Assembly: GCA_021432655.1 (NCBI GenBank)
Contig: MU271574.1
Location: 9,240-42,704 of the forward strand
Direction of reading: 5' to 3'
Length of the DNA: 33,465 nt
Origin: Atractiella rhizophila
Taxonomy: Eukaryota
The position numbers were made by a program, and so were the translations under genes. Shown one piece after another: positions 1 through 9,271 of the stretch (position 1 is its first letter; each line of letters starts with the position of its first letter). The notes beneath the pieces are model-generated. The model was not told where the DNA came from, ran no database searches, and saw only the letters and a list, made by a program, of their open reading frames with translations.

Positions 1-1140
1 CAAAGCTTGGGAACGTGTAGGACATCTTGAATGGTGACCTTTTTCGATTTTTTATCCTCCAATTTTGCCTCAATTACCACCTCTCCAATCCCAGTTGACC
101 AGATCACTTCTCCATTCGCAACTCTGATGGGTGCAACGTGTTTTCGAAAGGATTTGAAGAAGTGGGGGTGTGGAGTCATTGATGAAGTTGCTCCTGTATT
201 GATAAGCCAGTCAGTCCCAGCTTTCTGGTGACTAATGGCATCATCTACCGCTGCATAGCTGGTCTCCCCAGCGAATTCTGACCCTTCCCCATCCACTTGA
301 GCTTCCTTTGCCTCTTCCAGCTTCCCATACTTTGCCCTGTACTTGTCTAGTTCGATCCTATTGCGTCCAATGGGGGGTTTCTGGACAATGGGAGACGAAG
401 TGGCCCTTCCTGTGGCAGTAGTTGCACTCAGGTTGCGAAAAAATGCGAGTTCCACCTCTTCCTCCACCCCTACCACCTCTGGGACGCCATCCTCCTCGTC
501 CTTTGTTGCTGCTGGATGCCTGATTTGCCATTTGAGTGTTGGAGATCACTTCCTCTGAGTTCTTGGTGACTTGGATCGAGTAGAACACTTGTTTGATCGA
601 TTGGAGGTCAGTGGAGGTCATGAGGGTGATGGTCTGGACAAAACTAGCATATTCTGGGCCTAAGGAGCGAATGAGAGCGAAGGATTGAAGATCTTCCTTC
701 AAATCATCAAGGGAATAGTCCTTGGAAAGCGTGTTGGTGAAGTCTAGAAGCAGCTGGTCGCTTCTGGCACACAGGGTGATGAGAGATTCGCTTTCCTTCT
801 TCTGGAGGGCAAGGAGGGTGTTGAGGGCAGTGAAACGAGTTGAGGAGCACTTCTGTTGGTGGATTTCTTGAAGGGTAGACCAGATCTTGACTGGATCTTG
901 AAGGACAGAGACGACATGGGCTTTCTGGGTCGCTTCTAGGCTAAGGAACAGGATCCCAGCCGCTTTGGAGCTGTCCTTTTGCCACTGTTTTTGCTCCTTC
1001 AAATCTTCTGGTTTTGTCTCCACTCCAGAGACTATCTCCCATAACCCCTTTCGCATCAATTCCGCCTGCATATCAATGCACCAGGTGCCATAGTTCTTCT
1101 CTCCAAGGGGGATAATCAAAATTTGACTTTCTTCAGCCAT
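1..1140 (-). pseudogene. copia gag-pol polyprotein (gag + zinc knuckle + protease), disrupted
   Basis: One extra base in the G6 run at 372-377 separates the gag and protease frames. The protease catalytic D-T-G reads N-T-G (position 200). Confidence 0.85.
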
Positions 1141-1312
1141 GGTGATAAAATTCGAGTTTGGATCGTCCGATCTTTGTAGAAATGGGTGGATATAGACGTA
1201 AGGGTTCTCGTTTATGGTCCCAAAGTTTCAAACCGATTGGACTACGGATGGCTGAGTGATCAAAATTTCAACCAACTGGGTGGCAAAACTTATCGGTCAA
1301 TCCCTAGCCACA

Positions 1313-1325
1313 GCTCTTGCTACCA
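1313..1325 (-). promoter_or_regulatory. Primer-binding site, initiator tRNA-Met type
   Basis: Minus-strand TGGTAGCAAGAGC abuts the LTR's terminal CA and resembles the TGGTAGCAGAG/TGGTATCAGAGC iMet PBS. Confidence 0.8.
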
Positions 1326-1491
1326 TGAGAGAGTCTGATGCTGGATGGAGCTAGGGGACAGGAATTGGTGGTCAAAGATGATGACCACCTAAACTGCCCC
1401 ATATGGGGCTAAAACTACGAAGTGAAGCAAACAAAACAGAGGTGGCTGACCACACAACACAACACCATGAAATATAACACCTAATCCAACA
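1326..1491 (-). repeat. 5' LTR of the copia element (166 bp)
   Basis: TG...CA termini. About 12 substitutions by manual count versus the copy at 3144-3309. Confidence 0.92.
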
Positions 1492-2760
1492 AGATCTTCT
1501 GCCAATTGGAATAGAGTTAGGACAAAACTTCCCAATAGGCTTTGAGAGAAAGGTCTTAGCTCTGTTACAAATGTCACACCCTTTAACATAGTGTGAAACC
1601 ATCCTGCTCATCACAGGCCACCAATAGTTCATAGACACAAGTTCATATGTCTTGTATCATCCTCCATATCCAGCAATAGCAGGATCATGGTGCATAGAGA
1701 TGATGCCTTGTTGAAGGGATTCATCCTTTGGTACATAGATTTTGCCTCAATATCGTATGAGTCCATCTTCTTCCACTTTCCACTCCTCCTCTCTAACTGC
1801 CTTCTCATTTCCTTCTTTCAGATCCTTAACTGCCTTCACCACCACGTTATCCCGCTTTTCAATCCTTTGAATCTGATCTAAAGCCCTTCTAACTCTTTAT
1901 CCCCCACCAAGACTGTGGCTGGACTCAGCCCTAAGAAAATACTGCCCAGGGATCCCTGCTTACCTTGAATAAAGTATTCTTCTGGTAAAAGGATAATCTC
2001 TTCATTATCCTTGGAACCATCATCATGATCAGCATATTGGGAGAGAGCATCTGGTTTGCCTGAGCTCTCCCCTGGTTGGTGTTAGAGGATGAAGCTGAAG
2101 TAAGAAAGGTAGAGAAGCCAGCAAGCCTGTCCACAATTGAGCTTCTAAGGTTCCTTGAAGTACTGAAGTGCCTTGTGGTCTGTGAGGACAGTGATAGGAA
2201 TAAGATTGACCTTCAAGGAGATAGCAACATTCTTCCAGAGTTCGAACAATTTCCAGCATTGCCTTGTCATAAATCTCATAGTTACATTCAGCAGAGAGAG
2301 ACTTCGAGAGGAAGGCAATGGGGTGGTACCCGCCATCGTCCTTCTTCTACAAGAGAATAGCACCAAGTGCAAAGCCGGAGCTGTCAGCTTCAGCGAGATA
2401 GGGCTTGTAATCTTCTTGAAAAGACAGAACTGGTGCTGTGGTGACTGCCTTTTTTCAGATTGTCAAATGACTGTTTTTGCTGTTGATCCCAATGAAAGAT
2501 AATACCTTCTGAGATAGATTGGGAAGAGTGTGAGCGATGGACAAGAAATCCTGGATGAAGCCGCAATAGAGTTGGGTGAATCCAATAAAAGACTGAACTT
2601 CTTTGAGGTTCCTAGGGGTTGGCCATTCTATTATTACTCCAGCAACTTTGACTGTGTCCATCTTGATTCTAGTTCCAGAGGGGATCTAACTGAGGTATTC
2701 TATTCCTGTTTTAAAACCCACACTTCTCCACTTTGAGGCATAGACCAAATTGTCTGAATC
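1492..2760 (-). mobile_element. Degenerate Ty3/gypsy pol fragment (RT C-terminus/connection, RNase H, integrase Zn-binding), interrupted by the copia insertion
   Basis: Fragments in shifting frames: [93 protein letters not shown]...NYWWPVMSRMVSHYVKGCDICNRAK. The domain order RT-RH-IN is the gypsy order. Many stops and frameshifts. Confidence 0.9.
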
Positions 2761-3143
2761 ATTTACAGATTTCCCGAATCAACTCCCTGTTTGGGCTTGC
2801 AAGTTGTTGAGAAAAATACTAAGTAAATGAATAGTGCATCTCTCACTGATGGAAGTGAGAGTATAGTCGGTGGCGTTTGCAATCTAATGGTGCTTGGAGG
2901 CAAGATATTGTGAGGTAGTGGCAGAAGGAGTGGACACTGCCTATGGGAGTCGCTCTCAAGATTGTAAGGGTACGATTTAGAGGAATTAGATTGCATCCAT
3001 TATTGGTAAGCTACAAAAAGTATGTTGGCATCTAAAAGGACAGGAGAACCATCATAAGAAGAGTCAATGTGAAATGCAAGCAGTCACCATAGTTGACTTA
3101 GAACTCATAAAGCGACAAAAAGTGATGTTACAAGTGGCTTTTG

Positions 3144-3309
3144 TGAGAGAATCTGATGCTGGATGGAGCTAGGGGACAGAGATTGGTGGTCAAAGATGAT
3201 GACCACCTAAACTGCCCCCTAGGGGGCTAAACCTCCGAAATGAAGCAAACACAACAAAGGTGGCTGACCACACAACACAAGACCACGAAATATAACACCT
3301 AATCCAACA
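3144..3309 (-). repeat. Solo LTR of the same copia family
   Basis: 166 bp, about 93% identical to 1326-1491, TG...CA ends, no adjacent PBS, flanked by TTTG on both sides (3140-3143 and 3310-3313). Confidence 0.88.
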
Positions 3310-3946
3310 TTTGCTGCTCTTAAATTCCTTTAATAGGCTGTATTGAGCACATATGTCAAACTGGGCAGCTTCCTCATGTGTAATCGCTGAGAAACTCAAA
3401 TTACGTGGAACACATCATGCTCTCATTCACTCTGCACGAAAGGGTTCTGTGAGAGCCAACAAGAAGGGAAATTAATCAGTAGGAATTACAGAACTCGCCT
3501 AAAAAAAACTCAGATTCCACTTATTCTGAAGGATCAATGACACATATGGAGGGAGGGACATGTGATTGAAGTTTAAAAAATTCATGTTTTGAGTTTCTCA
3601 CTTTCCCTCTACAAGTACAACCAGACTAAGTGAGGGGGAAATCATAGTCAAATTATTAGGTAAGATACCTTGGTAGAGCACATGACCCACCAACCACCAT
3701 TTCCTCCTCACAAGGTAGGTTCAAGACTACAGGCTCTTACATGTGATTCAAATGACACTTAGAGGTCTGTCCCAGCCATTTTTTCCTTCTGTCATTTTCA
3801 GCTGATCAGCTGATCACAGGCAAAACTCAATCGGCGGTGTTTCAGATGGACATTATAGCTGGCCGTATAGTACGGTTCATGTCGGATGTCTTTCCCTGTG
3901 TTCAGAACCCGTGCACATACAACGAAGGAAAATACAACATGTTTAG

Positions 3947-4227
3947 CCCTGTGGAAAGTCCAGGCAGGTTTGTTGAAGGATTACCAGGTCTGGTTTTTTA
4001 CCAGAGTCCACTCCGGTGAAGTTGCAAGAATACCAGGTGGCAATCCAGGTAATTCAAAAGGGAGGACTGGTAAATTACCAGAGAGAGTGGAGCGGGGATG
4101 AAAGGACCGCACCTCGGTTTCCAGTGCTCCAGACTGGTTATTTACTTGTGTCCAGACTGGACTTCAACAGGTAAATAACCAATTATTTTACCATCTCACC
4201 CAGTTTCTGTTCGATATTCTCACAGGG
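3947..4227. repeat. Left terminal region: TIR plus subterminal CCAG/GGTAA motif array
   Basis: TIR 3947-3965; GGTAAATTACC 4069-4079; GGTAAATAACC 4170-4180; CCAGACTGG at 4129 and 4152; inner CACAGGG 4221-4227. Confidence 0.75.
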
Positions 4228-5064
4228 ACTCCTTATTTGATTACCGGGCACGGTATTCTCAAAATCGCCGCTCTTGCTCACATATTCTCGTAGAAATATT
4301 GTTATAAAAAGAGAAATGATAATTGCAACCCGATGTTGTGTGAATCCCTGGTTCCCTCCTCTAGACACAGGCTATCAGCCTAGCCACAAACAAAGCAAGT
4401 AAGTCGAAGGAAGACAAGCAAGAGAGCACGAACGGAGCCTGCTTTAGCAATCTACTAATACGACGCCTTCGCCTTCGCCTTCGCCTTTCCGCCGTTCGCG
4501 CGCCCCTCGTCCGCCTTCTGCTGCCTCTATCCTGCTTCCACTCCGACTCCTTTCCAAGGCACAATAACGATCTGCATGACCGAGTAACGAGTAATTAGAA
4601 GAAGACAACATTGAACCACAATGAAAATGAAGAGGACAAACCTTGGTACAGTTTCTTGCGCATCGCCGTCGGAGCTTCCTCTTGCGCTTCGCGTCCTCCA
4701 AGTCCTTGTACAAAACTCGCTCGAACATCTCGATTGCTACAAATTAAGCCTACACCCGAGTTAGAGGAAGAAGACGATGAAGGTAGTGACATGACACAAG
4801 AATGAAGGTACTAACCTTCAACTGCTCATCACCAATACCCGGTCTGCTGCTCCACTGCTCTCTTGACGTATTATCGGCTCGATTGGGATGAGGGTTCCTT
4901 GCATAAACGTAAGACAAACGAGTTAGAAGTTGTCTGTGAGAAGGCGAACCGAGATGGGCCGAAAGTGCAAAATGAGTGTTTGAAGGAATCTAAGGAATAA
5001 GGAGTGTTATCAGCGTATTTCAAACGTTTAAAGCAAGGCAAAAGCGTATAGAAATTGAAAGAAA

Positions 5065-5440
5065 ACGCGTCACTTCTTCTTCAAGCTTCAAGTCCCCCCT
5101 CCACGGAACAGCTACACTTTCAAACCAAACCAAAGGTCGCGAAAACGATTTCCACGCCTACAAAGCCATACTATATATTCTAAAACACTCACAGAGTGTG
5201 AAGATGCGGCTAGAGCACCTTCCCATCCCCTTGTACGCGTTCACTACATTCCTTCGAATTCCTTCACTCCGAGACCTTCCCATCAACCGACGCGTCGCTA
5301 CTTAGCTGGAGACATAAGAACCATCTAAGAACCCACATTCATTTGTCATAAAGGAGCCCTGACGTTGAAATGGCATCGAATGTTCGTCGAGGCAGGGTTC
5401 CCAAAAAGTGCTGAAGGCGAGAAAAAACGCGTTTTTCGCG
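5065..5440. promoter_or_regulatory. Cluster of MCB (ACGCGT) and SCB-like (CGCGAAA) motifs inside the transposon
   Basis: ACGCGT at 5065, 5235, 5290 and 5427; CGCGAAA at 5138 (+) and 5434-5440 (-). Confidence 0.5.
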
Positions 5441-7749
5441 TCAAAAACCTGCGATGGGGTAGAAACGAGATGGGGGGATGTCGATATCGATTTAGGAGGA
5501 GGATGGCACGGGAATAATGCCGTTTGAGGGAGTCGAGGAGGAGTCGGGTTCGTCGATTTTGAAAACTTTCTAAGTGCACGGTCTGAGACAAATGTGGCCA
5601 AACATTCCTCGAGTTGCTCAGCAGACAACGGACGCAAAGTCCTCAACTCAACAACAGCTCCAGCTCCAGCGTAGCCTCGGCGCCCTCGAGTACCTGAGTC
5701 AAACTATTCGAAAGAAGGGCGGAAGATTGATGATCTGAGGTGGAAGGGTGGCGAGGTGATTCTCCGGTGTGTTTCTTGTTGACTTGACAGAGAAGTCGAA
5801 AAAGGGTAGCTTCTGCATTGTGGCCTGGGCATCTGTGCGGTGACAGGCGTTTACAGATGCGAAGTTTGCACTTTGGAGACTTCTCTGTGCAAGGAAGTTC
5901 CATTCTCACTTTGTCTGATTGCAGCGCTGTCGCTGTGCAGGAGAGGGGCACAGGTATCTTCCTCATCTGCCTATGCCTATACCTACCACAGCCTACCATG
6001 ACGAGCAGCCCTTTTTGACGATGGACGGCGCTCTTAAATTAACTTCAGCCCATAACGATGACTCCGTCCTCCAGAACTGTGCTTAAGCAGAAGAAGATCC
6101 TCATGTCTGTGGACTGAGAGCTATTGCAACAGTTTTGTAAAAGACAGATAATTTCCTTCTGCTTTGGTACAGTATCTGGAGGCGTACAGGATTGGGATCT
6201 TTATCTGGTATGGTCTTCCTCCGTTTTTTTTTCTCTCCGCTGAAGATTTCTTGTGTTCGGTAGCTCTCATGCTCTCAATCGTCCCCGCCATGACTTTGAC
6301 TTTCCCCTCGCCATCTATCATCTTGCCACCGCCCGTCTTTCGTGGCTTCACAACGATTCCTCTCCACCTCTCCCGCTCCCTTTCCGCAGGAGCAGAATCT
6401 TCTGAGGTGTGGATGTGGATGGACGAAGTGCTGGTCTATTGGGCAAGTTCTCTCCCGTCTCGGAACTTGTTGAGGGCTACGACATGTCGACAGCCGCCTG
6501 GTGCCGAGAGATGGATCACAGAGATAAACCTCAACAGTAAGCTAAGTTCTTTCTTTTGCTCAGGCGTTAACATAACTCGTTCGTTTTGTAGTCCCGACTC
6601 CGCTTTGCCATGGCCCACTTGCTCTCCCTTCGATTGGCCATTCCCGATATCAACCTCTAGCGAGCATCGGCAGGAGTCTCATATGTTGAGATTTCGAAAC
6701 AACGGGATGCAATTATCGATTTGCGATGAGTTTATGAACATCCATGTCTGTTCTCACTCGCACTCATTCAGGACTAATCGCTTCAAACAGACTTTCAATC
6801 ATACTCCGCACAGCATGGATTCTAGCTGGAGTTTGTCCCACATCCCACATGACAGGTATCTCCTCTCGCTTCTACCACCGTTGTGTTCTTTCTCCTTCTA
6901 ACTCATTCTCCTTTTAAGCAGTGTCCGATCTTTTTGGCATGATTCTCACCATCCTCTCTCTTCATCCGCCCCTCCTGTTCGACCGAAACCGACTTGTCAA
7001 CTCCCTGTGTTCCTGTCCCTCCGCAACTTCTCTTACCGACACCTCAGGAACTGAATAACCCTCAGCAATTGAGCGCTTTTGACTGTGGCCACACTCACTT
7101 GTCTTATCTCCATAGCAAGCTCGCTCCGTTTCCCCCCAGTCCGCCACTGTGTGAGGTTATCCGGCTAGAATTCGAAGAGGTCATGCTCATTGTGAGATAA
7201 GGCTTAGAAAGAGGGGATACTGACTTATCACAATACTCCAACAATCATCCTGCTCCCTGTGCTGTTTCCATCTGACCTAGCGGCTAAGCTTCAGAGTCTA
7301 TCAAAGTCGAATCGAGATTCAAGAACGACAAAGTTGAGGTGGAGAACAACATGGCCAGTGCACGGACAATCTTCTCGGTAGGGGTGAACCATTCGAACCA
7401 AGCTCTTTCTGGAGAAAGAGGTGGAAGAGGAAGCGAACGGAGAGATGGGTGGATGATGGGATGGGTGCAGTGTTAAGGTATCGAGATGTTGGAAGAGATT
7501 TGTGAAATGAGACATTTCAGCATTGCCCCCGTAGTTTAGGATGGAACCGGCCGGTTAAACTTGAGCAAGAGAGGACACACCTGGATAGTGGATCGTATTT
7601 ATCATGCAGGCAACCTGCGTCAAACCTTCCTCCAATCAACTTGTATAGTTCTCCTGAGTACTCGTCGCTTCTCCTGGCAATGGCTACGCGATGGCTCATT
7701 GGAAGTCGATGGAGATGCCTTGGGGTGTCACGGTTTCGGAGAAGCCTGT

Positions 7750-8416
7750 TAGCAACGGAGCTTCAAGAATCTAATCTGCCCCAAGATGAAGGCCGTCTTC
7801 TCTCCCCTGCCAACGGCGCCGAAAGTCTCAATTGCGATTTCTTGGATGATCCGTTACGCTTCTGCCACCCCTCCCTTTGCTTCGAGCATCGCAGAGAGTC
7901 GGCGAGTGAGATGAGCTCGTTCAAGTTCTAGGAAGATCTGTTATCATATCAATCCGAAATCAGCTCCTCAGTGCGTAATGTAAGTATAAGAAGAATAGGG
8001 AAAAGCGAACCTTTCCTTCCGTAACATCCCTCAGACAGACCGTCAGTCCCTCTCTCTCATCCTCCTCTGCCTTTCCCGCCTCCCAAACCTCCATCACCGC
8101 TCCAACCATCTTCTTCGTGCTCTCCCTAAGTTGTCCATGCTTCTTATTCAACGCCTGAACCTGCTCCTTCAGTTCATTCCAGTCTCTCCTTTCACTCAAC
8201 AACTTCACGATCACCAAAAGCATTCGTGTCGTCGAAGGCTGGTCAGATGCCGAACTGGTTTGTTTTTCGAGAGCGAGAAGGGCGGAAAGCGCTTCTTAGA
8301 CCTGTAAAATTCTCTATTCAGCATGTTTTGAGCCCTGATAAGTAGAGAAATCGCGACAAACATTGAGAATGGCTAGCGATTCGTATCAGCTCGTCCACCT
8401 GGCTCGTGAAATCAGC
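7750..8416 (-). pseudogene. RPN5: Captured N-terminal fragment of 26S proteasome lid subunit RPN5/PSMD12, introns retained
   Basis: Spliced translation: ADFTSQVDELI/ESLAILN|V*EALSALLALEKQTSSASDQPSTTRMLLVIVKLL...LNKKHGQLRESTKKMV...LRDVTEGK|IFLELERAHLTRRLS.../IIQEIAIETFGAVGRGEKTAFILGQIR. This matches the RPN5 motifs LEKQTR.ASD, VTEGKIYVEIERARLT and ETYGSM...EFILEQMR. GT-AG introns at 8361-8302 and 8010-7938; stops at 8296-8298 and 7854-7856; frameshifts present. Confidence 0.9.
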
Positions 8417-8549
8417 ATGCAGCAGTTAGTTCAGCCTGGCATTTCTGCTCCAAGGAACAACTACTCACCGAGGTGCGTGTACTACTTGATCCTGATTGAA
8501 CTCGGGGTGTCGTCGCAGTGGTTTTGCCTGCAGAAATGCGAATCATTGA

Positions 8550-8727
8550 ATACTGGCTTCCCCAGTAAAAAACAGCTAAAAAACCTGTTTACTCACCAGT
8601 AAAAAACCAGGCTCGACGTTCCCGCTTTCTCGCCCGGTATTGGTTCATTTTTACCAGCCTTGCCCAGGTAAATTACCGGCACTAAAAACCAGTGGTCAAA
8701 AAAAACTGGCCTGGACTGTTCACAGGG
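8550..8727. repeat. Right terminal region: subterminal motif array plus TIR
   Basis: CCAGTAAAAAAC twice (about 8562 and 8597), TTTTTACCAG about 8648, GGTAAATTACC 8667-8677, TIR 8709-8727. Confidence 0.75.
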
Positions 8728-9271
8728 TGTTTAGTTTTATGCCTTCCCTTTTAATCTACCCCTCCATATTGTTGTGCACCTTCCGGCAAGGTCAATCTGT
8801 TGTAGTTTCTTCCTTAGTTACTGCTAACAGATGCTTTGCTTTATTATCTATGCTTCAAGTTATGATCCAGGTTTACGGTCAAAACGGCTTTCATGTGACA
8901 CTCTTTTTTGTTTTTTTTTGGTTCTGTTGGAAACCAATGTGCTGAGGAGTGAAGCTAGGTACCACTTGGTTGCGTTTGGCTGAGCTCTTGCAAATGCATG
9001 AGCACCAGGAAATGTGTGTTTATATCGCCTATAGCAGTGGCAACTAGAAAGTAGTGGAACATTCCAGAAAACTAAGGAACTTTGGCATCGAGTGGCAACG
9101 AAACTAAACTGCAAAATCCAACAGGTTCATATAAGACTTGATTGTTGCGAAATTATACGGATTTGTGTTTCTTGGAGTTGGCCTGTAAATATATTGACCG
9201 GGATAGCAATGCGACAGTTTCAAATTTCATTAGAATAATCAGGCTTAACAACACTTCGAAACATAATCGGG

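Larger units (their letters stand above)
1..1491 (-). mobile_element. Ty1/copia LTR retrotransposon, 5' part (5' LTR, PBS, gag, protease), continues off the left edge
   Basis: LTR 1326-1491 (TG...CA) is directly followed on the minus strand by the PBS TGGTAGCAAGAGC. The ORF at 1140-358 has copia gag features (LGEKNYGTW, KAAGILFLSL, CCHC knuckle CNYCHRKGHFVSHC). It is followed in a shifted frame by a copia-type protease (WLINTGATSSM...IRVANGEVIWSTGIG...QDVLHVPKL). Confidence 0.93.
3947..8727. mobile_element. Non-autonomous TIR DNA transposon with captured host-gene fragments (Pack-type), 4781 bp, 7-bp TSD
   Basis: Left end CCCTGTGGAAAGTCCAGGC (3947-3965) versus reverse complement of the right end CCCTGTGAACAGTCCAGGC (8709-8727): 17/19 match. 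TGTTTAG flanks both ends (3940-3946 and 8728-8734). Both ends share subterminal motifs (GGTAAATTACC, TTTTTACCAG). Confidence 0.85.

Noticed and set aside
1326..3309. A single LTR retrotransposon bounded by the two 166-bp repeats and containing the gypsy pol
   Set aside because: The PBS and copia gag lie outside the interval (left of 1326), the right copy has its own flanking duplication, and the left LTR interrupts the gypsy integrase.
2780..3780. Possible further retroelement or RT relic around the solo LTR (KSDVTSGF...)
   Set aside because: Too many stops and only one weak motif; cannot be supported without a search.
3798..3816. Palindromic TCAGCTGATCAGCTGA tandem
   Set aside because: Short duplication of an 8-mer palindrome with no supporting context.
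3990..4200. CRISPR-like or regularly spaced repeat array
   Set aside because: Eukaryotic DNA; the motifs are short, irregularly spaced and in both orientations, better explained as transposon subterminal repeats.
4463..4490. (CGCCTT)n microsatellite as an independent feature
   Set aside because: Only three to four units; corresponds to the KAKAKA low-complexity tail of the decayed fragment.
4815..4950. Homeodomain-like stretch (QLLTRLSYVYARNPHPNR...EQLK)
   Set aside because: Lacks the diagnostic WFxNxR helix, and part of the match lies in a probable intron.
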